Assembly: GCF_008831285.2 (NCBI RefSeq) | Contig: NC_045138.2 | Coordinates: 11,532,001-11,596,000, forward strand | Direction of reading: 5' to 3' | DNA from: Nymphaea colorata | Taxonomy: Eukaryota | DNA length: 64,000 nucleotides | Shown: positions 52,448 through 64,000 of the stretch, piece by piece | Layout: the number at the start of each line of letters is the position of its first letter | Position numbering within the stretch: position 1 is the stretch's first letter | Made by a program: the position numbers and the translations under genes | The notes under the pieces: model-generated | What the model was told of the DNA's origin: nothing | Database searches by the model: none | Seen by the model: only the letters and a program-made list of their open reading frames with translations

Positions 52448-53989
52448 AAGGTCTTATACAGATGTGTTGAAATGGAAGGCCGTGGGGTTTTCGTTAGCTT
52501 GTCTGTCGATCCCCTCCAAATTTTTTCTCCCATTCTCAGTTGCATTTTACGTGACTGTTTCAAGTGAAAACAATCAGTGTGTTCTTCGAGGAAGCCTTTT
52601 TGATAATTTTGTGGTAGTCATGTATAACCTGTTAAACTTAGCAAAGACCGTTGTGAGTTAGCGATTTGACTTGTTTCTTGTCCTTGCTTAAGACGATCTA
52701 AAGTGCAGAACACGTATCACGGAATCAGGTTGCCTCGCCCGGCGGCCTTATTGTGTTTAATGCGTGCCTGAATTTTTTATACGGCCTTATTGTGTTTGAT
52801 GCGTGCTTGACTTTTTGATGGTGTGCTGATTGGTCGGGAGGATTTCAAGAAAAAGGAAAATGTCCCTCGTGAATGGAAAGATAGTCAAATGTGTAAAAAT
52901 CTGGCTTTACCGTCAAGACGGTTGGATCCACATGAGGCCATCGCAATGATCGACTGACCCTAAATTTTAAATGTTGGCTTGTTCTTTAGTTGGGAATTGT
53001 TGGGAGTGAGGTATATGGAATTGCGCTGAATACAAGATTGTATTATATTTATAGGATAAGAAAGTTCGCTTCAGAAAGTTTATTGAGATTTGGATTTTTG
53101 TTTGTGTTACGTGTAACAGTACAAGTCTTGCCGGTCTCTGATAGCTTGTATCTTATGTTGGTCAAGTTCTTAGTCACTGACATTATGACCATTGTTTAAG
53201 CAAATTTTGTAGGATGCAAATAAGTCCAAAGGCCTGTTGTCGTAATTTGTCTGTGCGGCGGAATGAAGCTCTATGGATGCTTATCCTGTACTAGATACAT
53301 AGTGTGATCAAGCCAACAGTGCCGGCTCGAATAATATTGACTGAGGCATTTATTCAAAGAGCCTTGTCGTTGTTAGAGGTTATAGGGAGGCTTCGGTGCA
53401 AATGTTTAACATGCGTGTATGGTAGGTCTGCGTACATGCCCCATTTGATCTTACTTAGTAAACAGTATTCAAACTAGTCCATTATAAAGTTAATGGATAT
53501 TGGCCGCTTTCGAGTTTTAACTGCAAAGGTCAGCGCTAAGCTCCAGCACTAGTGGTTGACTCGGATGAGAGATTATCGGCTTTTAGTTTGTTAATTTTCA
53601 CATCGGAAATACAACTAAAGGTTGAAATGGGTTGGAGATGGCTTCTGGTTTTTTGCTTTGGCATTTTCTGGGCCTAGAACTCGACTCGGAGTGCGGCTTT
53701 GTATGCAGAGAGGGTGTCTACACCGGTGATGTAATATGGTATAGCTGTGATCTTTGTCATCGCTATAGGCCTGCGATTTATAGCCCTGACTGTCTTCTCT
53801 GGTATGGATAAAACTTTATCACAGACACAAATTGGCCTTGGTATGGACTATAGGATACTACTTTTGTAGTCGATCTTGGTGGCCAAGAGAATAGAAAGGC
53901 ATTTGGGGTATGGATGGACAACCAGGAGAATGAATGGAAGATTATGTCCTGAGAGCTGTCAAGGTGAAGAGATGAAACAGAAATGAACT

Positions 53990-54310
53990 TGCTTCAAGAG
54001 TGGCTTCGTTCCATACCTACTAGCTGCATGAGCAGAATATCATGATCTCTAATAGCAAACGTTGGAAGAGGGGGCTTAAGAATATGCTTGAAGGCAGGAG
54101 ACTTTTTCCTTCGAAATGGAATGGCATTAGAAAGTTTACAGGTAACGTGGGGAGCCTGCCCCCAGCATCCTTTTTTGGAACCGTGGTTCTTGTCAAAACG
54201 AGTTGCAATATCGTCAATCGTCAAGACATGCCCGATGTTTTACAGAAAGGGTAGCAGACAAGATGACCATAGTGTTACCTAATGTGCTAAAGAAGCTGAT
54301 TTCTCTTTTT
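53990..54310 (+). pseudogene. Possible highly decayed PLS/E-class PPR remnant
   Basis: VGRGGLRICLKAGDFFLRNGMALESLQVTWGACPQH loosely resembles LGRAGxLxEAxxFIxxMxxxPxxxxWGALLxACxxH. Weak match. Confidence 0.3.
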
Positions 54311-54419
54311 TTATTGATAAAAACTTCTTAATGATCAGAACTCCTTGCCAAACAATGAATTACCGGTTCACATGCATGAATGATAGAATGGACCAGTAAA
54401 ACGCACACCACGCACACAC

Positions 54420-54450
<31 letters not shown>

Positions 54451-55045
54451 CCTGCCCAGTGCCCTTTTAAACATGACATAATATCATCGGAAAAGGAAAC
54501 CTTTTCTGGGGCTCTCATAAGCTAGGTTTGAAAACTGGCGGGCAGCAGCTTACGCGGATGGATTACCAAAAACCAGCTTTCAACGTTGACTCAAGTAAGT
54601 GTTCCAGCTCACACTAAGAACATGGCAGCTGAGTTAGGATTAAAACGGGACTCCAATCAAGTTGAAACGTGTTTTTTGGTCATCCAAACGAAGCCTAAGA
54701 GTGTCGACTCAACCTTCCACGAGTTAATTCTTTACCTTCCCAGCCGTGGTTCAAATCCCATTATTCGAACCCTCTTATAGGACATCAGTAAACAAGCTAG
54801 CACACCAAAAAAAAAAGAAAGGCTAGCACAAGCTTAACATGTACCTCCGCCTTGTCTCAAGCCTGAACTTGTGATGGGCTTGATTCAGAAGACATGGGCA
54901 AGCTATGTAATTTACGATCTATTCAATCGATTTACCAGATCTAAGCACTCACGAGCAGCCTCATAATCGTCCACAAACGTACTACCTAATTAGATAGCTC
55001 ATAAGCTTCCGAACCACCTTTCGTCATTCACCAAACTCGAGTTAT

Positions 55046-55086
<41 letters not shown>

Positions 55087-55492
55087 CGCGCGCGAAAGGG
55101 AGATGCTAAACGGCTCTCATTTAAATCACGAATAGAAGGTAACTAAGCAGAGTAACATGGTGATTATTCAATTGAAACTGAAGTCAGGAAAGGTTTCACA
55201 GGCAACATGCTTTTTCATCATGGCCGTGCCCAATCATCTCCGCTCCAACTTATTGCCATTTCTTAAGTTGTTGCGGCCGAAAAAGGAAATTAACGACCAT
55301 ACGGGAGAGAGAGAGCTTCCATTCCTGTTCCTACCATATTCAATCGTCACTAACAGGAAATACCTGAAAGGAAATACCAGACAACTTAACTCTCCCTGCA
55401 ATAAGAACTAGCAAAGATACTGGCCTGCCAGAACTGCGGGAAGCAAGTTCTGTTTTCACTGCAGTAAGTATTCATATCAGCAGCAGTATTAC

Positions 55493-55905
55493 TCACAGAT
55501 GGATCTCAAGGATCCATCTGTGCATTTCCTTCACTGGAACAGGAATCATCAGAGTAAGAAGCCCACTGTCCCGATTATAGCTGAATTCAGTGTCAACAGA
55601 ATCGAGGATGCACTTCAGGGGTTTCTGCGATGAGTAGGCACCAAACCTCCCACAGCCTCTGACAGTCAGCACAACAGATGATATGGGTGAGCGTGCATTG
55701 CCCGATGACACTGCAGAACTGGGTGCAGCTTCTCCGCCAAGGAGTTCCTGCTGTGTTCCAGAAGCCACCTTGATTTCCTGTTGCTCCACTGCCCCTCCAG
55801 AGTTGAACATGTCAAGCAAACCAATGGCCGCAAAAGCAACGTGGGGTGCCATTACCTAAAATAAGATTATAATCAGAGAGAAGATAGATATGTGTGTGTG
55901 AGTGT

Positions 55906-55950
<45 letters not shown>

Positions 55951-58900
55951 ACCTTAAGAGAAGAGATATGGAAGATCTCATATTCAAGAACATTAAGGGT
56001 CACGGGTATTGCAACACCTTTTGGAAGCCGAAAAAGTTCACCTGGGCACAATAGATATCTGAGTTAGAACGCTATTCAAATAAAAGTGGACGTGAATGTA
56101 ATTCAATATTACATACCTGATCTGTGTGCATAGGCTACAGCTTCACCATTCCATTCAGGACCTGCAATTTGGTTGATGAGATCAACATCTGTGGCACGAA
56201 CACTGCCTGTGAGCGTGGAGGGTGCCACATCATGGATGCGCGTCTTTTTTTCCACTCTGCACCAGCCAGCACCTTGGCAGTTGAAAACACCCACCACGCC
56301 AGAGCATTTGTTCAAGTTCCAGACCTTTAGCAGACTATATAGAACGCAAAAATTAACATATAGTACACAAAGGAATACAACATGGAAGCATATTGCTATT
56401 TCTGTTGTAAATTAAATGTAATAAAGTTTTCAAAAACAGTAGTCATTAGGGTAACAGGCAAAGTTCATATATGTTGGTGTTGTAGTTGACAACTTGACGT
56501 TATAAATGAAATTTCACAAGGATAACAGACCAGCCAATGAAACCATCATGTAATAAAGACAAGCCCCTCTTATCACCAAGACCATGTGTGACATAAAATT
56601 ACCTCACATGGTGCATGATCTGGGTAATTATCATCCCTTAAGCAATTATATAAGTTTAGCATGTGCGAAGACAACGGAAATACTGCATCAAGATCCATTC
56701 CAGTGATACACATTTTAAATCATGGATGTGCCATGGATTAATGCAGGTCAATTAGATGCACTCACATGGTTATGACATTGAGTAGTAAATGGAATCACTA
56801 TATTGAGTAGCGCATGTGAAGTTCCACAATAATTTCAACCTCTCTAACTGAGCATTTTTTCTCATTCATGCTAAAACTACGCCATGTACTAAACTTTCTG
56901 GAAAACGTGAATCTGCAGTTGATTCTTAAGGAAGAAGAAACAAAGAAGCATTGTATGCATGTTTTCATCTCATCTGTAGCCACGACATATGTGCCTACGG
57001 ATGTACAAATAGCATCGTCACAAATATTTTTCTCGGTTTTTATTTGCAAAATTTCTCTCAGAGTTTCACGTATTAATTGAGAAGTTTGTTTTTCTCGAGA
57101 AAAACATGGAATTCAAAAAAATAAAAGATAATAAAGTACATAAGAAAATTTGAGTTTTCTACCGATTTTCTATAAAACAAATGACAAACTTCAGTGGTTA
57201 TTAAAATATTAAAAGAAGTCCCAGAAACTTAAAAAAAAAAACATGATATTTTCGTGTTGGTGATTTTTCCAAAACATCGTGATATTTTGAGTTTCTTACT
57301 TCCTGTTTTAATGTAATATCCTGGAAAAAAAAGAAACATTTTTTAGGATGACAAATACTACAAAGAAGATAAACAGGGTGAGGAAGGGGGATCTAACAGT
57401 CACCAAGATCAGTTCTAGAAATCCCTTAGAAAGGGTGTTGTCAGAGTTTTATCAGTATGTTGTGGTTTTCCTCAATAAAATGTTGAAAGTTCTATAAAAA
57501 AATATAAATAATGGACAATAAAAGATAATCAGGCAATAGGTTTTCTAGTATTTTTCTTGCAAAAATATAACCAAACAAGTACAAAAAGTCATAAAAGAAA
57601 CAAAAGGAAGAAAATTCAGATGCTCAAAAATTTTATGGAAAAAGGAACTTAAGATTTGGAGAAAACACAGAGATTGTTCCAGGATAATACTGTGATAGTT
57701 TTGTTTCTATTTTGAAAACATCACCATAATTTGTTGATATTATTGCCTAGCTCAATTTGTAATAGTATCAGGACATTTTCAAAATGATGAGGAGAGAGAG
57801 AAAGAACATGCTAGTATGGGACACTTTCACTGAGCCATAGAGATGAAGAGATAGTTTCAAGCATATGTTCGACAATCTAGAAACAGTCTCAGAGTGGTCA
57901 CAGACTGAACAAAAACAGTAGACAGATACTTTCAGTTAAAAGAAACACGTACAACTTTGTGGTTTGCCAAAAGTAATACAAACGTTTGTATTATAGTAAG
58001 GAATTCTGCTTCTAATACCTTTTACTACCATTTTCCCAATATAATTTTGAAAACTTTATTACATAGATGTTTTTATGTTCTTGGTGTGCTGTTTGGTTTG
58101 TATTTTGTTTTATATGTTTGTATTTTATTTTATTTCAGGGCAAGACTTAAAAGGTAAACATGATCCTTTTATCTTTTCTAAACTCAAAATGCCAATCTTG
58201 TAATTGTAGTAGTTACGAAAATAAAACTATAAAAAAATTAATCCTTTTCCTTTCAAACCAACATAAAAAGTTGACTAACTGATGTATAAAAGCTAATAGA
58301 GGTTTTTTTTTCATAAGGAAATAATCAATCTTGTGCTGTTAAGGGAAAAAGAATTAAGTATTTTCCATTGGTAGGAAAAATGAGGCTGAATTTATGAACT
58401 CTGGAAAAACAAATTGATGGCTAAGATGGGTTCCATTGTGAGGGTATACGACAAACATTACCTAAAATTGTACAACATTCAACATCGGTTTTGTGGAAAA
58501 ATAACAGAAACAAAAACTAATATAGGCTTTTCCTAAGGTAATAACTAATCCTTTCCACTTACTTGTCCATTGTTAAAAAAATTAGGCTGAATTAGGAATT
58601 TTAAAAGAAAAGGATTGATGAATGAGATGGATTCCAATGAGAGGGTATGCAAAAACTGCCTAAGAAATTGTACAACGTTTAATACTGGCATTTGTGGGAA
58701 AATGACAAGTATATTGCATTCTAGTTAGCTCTCCTTTTCTTAATGGAAATATCAGACAGGGGAAAACGACAGATAACAACTTGGGGATGGCAATAGGTGA
58801 GGCTAGAGTAGGTACTTGGCCTGTATTCGCTTTCTCAAAACATGAATGACAAGGCGGTCAAGACAAGGTGGGCACTTGACCACTCTGAAGTAGTGTGCGG

Positions 58901-61702
58901 CTCTGCCAGTGATATAAGACCAACCTACTCATTTCCACCAACATAGAATAGGAAAGAAAGCGAGTCTGACCTGGTGCCATCTCTTGCTGGGTCCACAAAC
59001 AGACAGTCCCGAGTAGGCCTCCCAGGGAGCTGTGCACGCAAGACAGAACCATCAGGTAAGACAAGCTTCTTTAAGAGGTCAAAGTTGTGGTTCCCTGGTT
59101 TGTCACTGCATAATAAATCAGTAGTTAGATTTGGGCCACTCTTGCTTCATTGTGAATACAAGCAATCACATAAACAAACAAAAAAAATTTGAATCAATAA
59201 TTAGATTTGGAGCAGCTGTCACTTCAATGTGGATACACACAATCATATAGACAAACCAAGAATTTGAACTAGCTTGGTCAATGGGAACCATGAATTCTTA
59301 AAAGTTCAACTACTAGATAAGATTCAGATACACGAGAAGAGGTCTGCAAAAACATAATCCGAATAACAGACAACCCAAAATGTTAAGCTTTAACTCTATA
59401 ACCTTTTAATGCAAGTAGCTGAGAATCAAATCCAATTAACTCTAAGGACAAAAGATTGGAGTCACCTAACATAGATTGCACAACCGCCAATTGCTCGGGC
59501 AGCAGCATGGTATTCAGCTGCAGGATGTTGGCTCTGCAAGTATCAGATGAATTTTTGCAATTATGAATGTCATGGTTTCAAATATGTCAAAGAGGGAAAA
59601 AAAAAAAAAACAGAACATTAACTTATCATAAAAACGAAACAAAATAAAATCACACCATCAATTAACAATGAAATTCATTTTATGCTGCTTTTGTTTACGT
59701 CAGATAAAGCAACACTTGCATTGAGAGCAGGGATATAAAATGAGAACAATATACTGCCAGTATGCAATACTTACATGGAACATGTCCCAGTCTGGCTGCA
59801 TAAACTCGCAGAGAAAGAGTGTATTATATGCCACTGATGATATATGTATGGTGTGAGATGCAGGGTCTCTTGGATAGAAATCATCTGATGCTCTTACAAT
59901 AGCAGTTTTCTTTGCACTACAGAGACAAAAAAAAAAGAGAGAACAGAAATATCTAAGAGACCCAACCAATAACATGAAAAGAACATCTAGAAGAAGCAAA
60001 AGAAGAAAAAAAATCCAATCATTGTGAAGATCAGCATAATGTGATATTTTTGGTGTTCATAAGATGTAATTCACACCATCAAACATAAGTAGGTTGTATT
60101 AATGTGTGCCCTACAATCTCTATATCCATCCTCCAAGGAGTCCGCCATGCTGAGTTCTATCCTGTCATGGAAATAAATCATGAACAAACCTGTAAAGGCC
60201 ATCAGTGTTGTGACACATGCAGGAAATGCAGCCATTATCTGGGAAATTTCGCTGGACAGAAGCTTCAAGGGCTTGGTGGTACTGCCGTGTAAGTGAAACA
60301 CGCCCACCATGGCCACCACCAAGAGTCTCAATAATATTTTGCACGTCCACCTTCACACCATCAACCCCACAGGAGGCCAAATAGCTGTGCAGCTCGTTAT
60401 AGAAATTGTAAACCTTCTTAGGGTGGACTAGGCCCAATCCATGAACAGAAAGGCTATCCATAACAATATCTGGCTGGTTGCCTAGCACTCCTGGCGACTG
60501 AACAGGATAGGCCAATGCAGTATCATAGTGCTCCATGCCAGCAGCAGTTGGATTCACGCCTCCCCAGTATCCAGCAAGAGCATGCCAAACGTACACATAC
60601 CTATAGAGATAGACCAACAACATATTCCGTTATATATATACAATGAAAGAGCATAATTTTTCCCCAAGTTAAAAAAAGGATTAAAAAACTCACTTTACGT
60701 TGTGATCCTTTTTGGCTTCATCCACTACATGCTTCAGGCCTGGAACTTTGTCATCTTTCCCATTCTTCTGGAACTTTGTGTTCTCCTTCATTCCTGTTAG
60801 CCTATTTGCAAATCTGAGTAAAAGAAAAAAAAAATTATACTCCAAAAGAGTCAAAGACTTGAACCAAGTCAAGCTTCAGGACAGACTTTCCAAACATGTT
60901 CCCATTGAAAGCAGCAAATGAAATTTTTCTATAAAAAGGAACGAATAAATTTTTCTTATTTTTATTGCATAAAAAGTCTTATAGAATTTCGATAATGCCA
61001 AGCTACACTCTATGAAATTCTATGGATGTCATAATCAGGTTAACCATACCTTGACCATGTCGTTCACCTATGAACTGAAAAAGGAAGAAGAGAAGAAACA
61101 TTAGTTAGATGAACCAAGGGTGAGAGTTAGTGTTTAGTGTTGCTTGTATTCTCAAAAAAATCTTGCTTGCCCCACAAAACACAGATTTCAAAATTTCAGA
61201 AATAAAAATGTAAATTCTTCTAGTCAGTCATATTTTCTTGCAATTTTGACACAATGAATGGGAAGGGATAAAGAATGCTCTCACTGAACCAAGGGAAGTG
61301 AAAATAAATGCCATCAAGAAAAAAACTTACTGGGCTCCTTCTTGAACAATACAATGAGCACCATCCTTTGCTTCATTGCCAACTTGTTGCCAGCCATCAT
61401 CAATGATCAAAAAACGTGGAGGAGTACCACCTTGAGTGAGACTGCAATTTTAGTAGGAAACCAGATAAGAAGACTCCTAACTTTATCAGACACAGAAACT
61501 ATGTAAAAAGTGCCAGACACAGCTATGCACAAAATGCTGTTTGAGGTTCCATATCAAAGGAAAAAAAAATGCTTTAAAGTAATTGATTCTTCAACAAACA
61601 AGCACGGAACCTCTTGAGGCCTTCTTCAATGCCTTCAGCTGTTACATCAGTATAGAAAGCATCCCAGGTGCACCAGCCAAACCAGTCAAGAAAAGATGGC
61701 AG
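55493..61702 (-). CDS. SIP2: GH36 seed imbibition protein / alkaline alpha-galactosidase (raffinose synthase family, SIP2/RFS2-like); 3' ten exons only
   Basis: In-frame GT-AG exons 61702-61611, 61441-61331, 60813-60694, 60600-60190, 59916-59775, 59533-59466, 59105-58971, 56334-56117, 56041-55953, 55855-55493. Motifs [75 protein letters not shown]. No upstream exon found up to 64000. Confidence 0.95.
58344..58710. repeat. Diverged direct duplication (~150-bp unit) in a SIP2 intron
   Basis: tccattg..a..aaaa.t.aggctgaatt...agatgg.ttcca.tg.gagggtat...aaattgtacaac...ttgtgg.aaa present at ~58344-58508 and ~58566-58710. Confidence 0.75.
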
Positions 61703-62582
61703 CTGCAAAAGAAAAGATTATGCTTAGTCACTTTCTGAAGGGAAGGTGAAGAAATTAATGGGCTCTTTATCAGTGACACATTCCCCAAATCTATTGGATG
61801 AGAAAACTATACTATTCATAACTGTGGGCAAATTTACTTTCCTTTCAAGAAACCATGCACACAAGAGCAATCATGATTCCATTACATGCTTTATGCAGTA
61901 GCCATGATTTATGGACTTCTGGAAGAAGGGGTAAAGCTCATCAGTTCATTTCTGTCCCCAATGTTAGAAACAGAGCAGCTATGCTACTATTGTAAAGCCC
62001 AATATTTTCCATTATATGCAATTGAATATGTTGCTAGGGATGCATATATGTTTATACTTTATATATGTAAACACATATACTACATATGTTTACTGGGACT
62101 AATTAAACCTCCCATTAAGTCATAATGAGGCAAATATGAGAAGTAAATTATACATATTAAAGGGGGTTACTACTTTTGCATGAGAAAAGGAGTTGATAAA
62201 ATACATGAATGGTTGTATTAGAAAGATGATTGAGGGGGAAACTGTAGGGTCATTTTTTTTAGTAGAAGTTGAAAATTCGAATGACAGTTTTAGGGGGCTT
62301 GAAGAGGGTCTATCTAACACTGCATTGCAGCATCTTAACCTTCCATTTGCTGCAGTCATAGAGGGAAAGGTCCCAGCATTAGAAAATTGGATAAAAGAGA
62401 GAGATACCTCCTCATTTTTCCTCCTTTTCTAGACAGGATCAAAGTTGGTACGAAGCAGTTTACTCTTCAGTTGTCTCAAACCTTAGGCCACTTGAGAAAA
62501 CAAGAAGCAGAAGGGGGCTGCTGACTGAAACTCAGGGCTGTTTTTAGTCAGAAGTAATTCTGGTAAGTACTATATTTGTGGG

Positions 62583-62620
<38 letters not shown>

Positions 62621-62790
62621 CAATTTGGACTTGTGTATGTGTTGCAAGGGAAGAAAGCAAACGTGAATCAGTGCTATAGAATCAAGGGTCTTCTGGTATG
62701 GACAGTTCTGCAAGCCGTCAGAATCGGGGTCATTTCTGATTAACAGGTATGGGAATGTTCATAACATGTGTGCAGCATGTGATCCATTAG

Positions 62791-62791
<1 letters not shown>

Positions 62792-62844
<53 letters not shown>
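62792..62844. repeat. (TA)n microsatellite (others at ~62584-62618 and ~33223-33248; (GA)n at ~54425-54450, ~55050-55083, ~55910-55948)
   Basis: Directly visible dinucleotide runs. Confidence 0.9.
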
Positions 62845-62847
<3 letters not shown>

Positions 62848-64000
62848 ATATTGGACGTATAATCATGTATATACTTATATAAGGCCGGAAACCATTCAAT
62901 GCTGCTAATCATCATTACAATCAGCTATGGATGCCTGCAAATTTCTGGAACTTAAAGATATGGTCAGATTAGAAAATTCCTTAGAATTTCTCGAATGTGT
63001 ATGGGGAGTTCTTGTGACTAGTTCTACAATAGTAAATTCTGTAGAATAGTAAGCATACAAACAGAACTGGAAGGATCAGTAGGAAAAGAATACTTCTCAT
63101 TCATTCTGATCCTATATTTGTTTCATTTCAGTTCAGAAGTTTCTGTACTGAAAACATGTAGCAACCTGTGTTTCCTTATGCCCTGAGCCTATAAAATTGG
63201 GAGGAGAGCTGAATCGAAGAAAGTATACAACTAAGAATACAATTGTAGCAAATAAAGTATAGTATATGACAGTCTAACCTCTGGGTACAACATGCAGTTC
63301 ATCTATGTTTTGCCATATACATATGTGAACAAAGATATATAGATGTTTATATGTTCTATGCAGATGTAGATATGTGATTATATACACATTGATATATGCA
63401 TATGTACACTTGAGATCAGAAGTAAGGTTGTTTTGTTAGAAGATCATGCTGAAAATGATACAGAGCATCAAAACAATCAAGTTTATAAGAAGCTTAGCAT
63501 GTTAAAAGGCAGCTGTATAGTCTAGAAAGTAATCATAATCTCAGATTTTTCTCCAACGCCATGAAAAAAGGTGTGTGTTGTATGATTGAGGTTTCTCATG
63601 AATGTGAACTATGTACAAAAAAATAAAGAGTTTTAAAGTTCCAGGAATGGAGTGCATGAGGACCAGGTGTGAACCACATATGGTTGAATAGATCTGTCGA
63701 CGATTTTCCAAGACACATGAAGCGGTGAAAAGTGTCTGGAGATTTGTTTCGAAAATTAGTGTAACAAGCCTAACGTCTAACATATGATTCTTTCTACTAA
63801 TAGACTGAAGAAGTCAAACTAAATAAAATCTAATATGATCTGGGTGATTAAATTTCAAGACTTTAATACTTTCCTCTGTGGGCACTGATCAACAATGAGT
63901 AGTTTCACATGATTAAAAGCAAGAAGTAAAACCTGAATGGAAATGCTTATATTTGAAAAAACTGATCATTTTCAATGTCACGCATGAAACAGTCAAAGGA

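Noticed and set aside
63715..63755. ETNLQTLF stretch resembling the next expected SIP2 exon (AVEKHxQTFxHREKKK)
   Set aside because: Frame and splice sites do not fit and REKKK is absent; the true exon is probably beyond 64000.

Overview
Plant (angiosperm-type) nuclear DNA. Three spliced host genes are supported: (1) a 4-exon uncharacterised conserved plant gene on the minus strand (CDS 19673-26021, 462 aa), with a GC-AG intron and a predicted spliced 5' leader carrying uORFs; (2) cytosolic 40S ribosomal protein S14/uS11 (49067-52447, 6 coding exons, 151 aa, telo-box promoter); (3) the 3' ten exons of a GH36 seed-imbibition/alkaline alpha-galactosidase (SIP2/RFS2-like) gene on the minus strand (55493-61702; 5' part outside the window). 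The rest is layered transposon DNA: two LTR-complete but disabled Ty1/copia elements with 5-bp TSDs (one lacks gag), a fossil PIF/Harbinger, a hAT transposase remnant, a non-autonomous hAT with a perfect 8-bp TSD, a TRIM, a LINE ORF1 remnant, tRNA-derived SINE-like copies and MITEs. Most notable: a mitochondrial ccmFN fragment inside the TRIM's second LTR, an orphan PRORP fragment, a near-perfect 263-bp AT-cored intronic palindrome, and PDZ-like motifs in the uncharacterised protein. I found no convincing new multi-gene system. All family assignments come from recalled motifs, not database searches, and coordinates and counts were read by eye.
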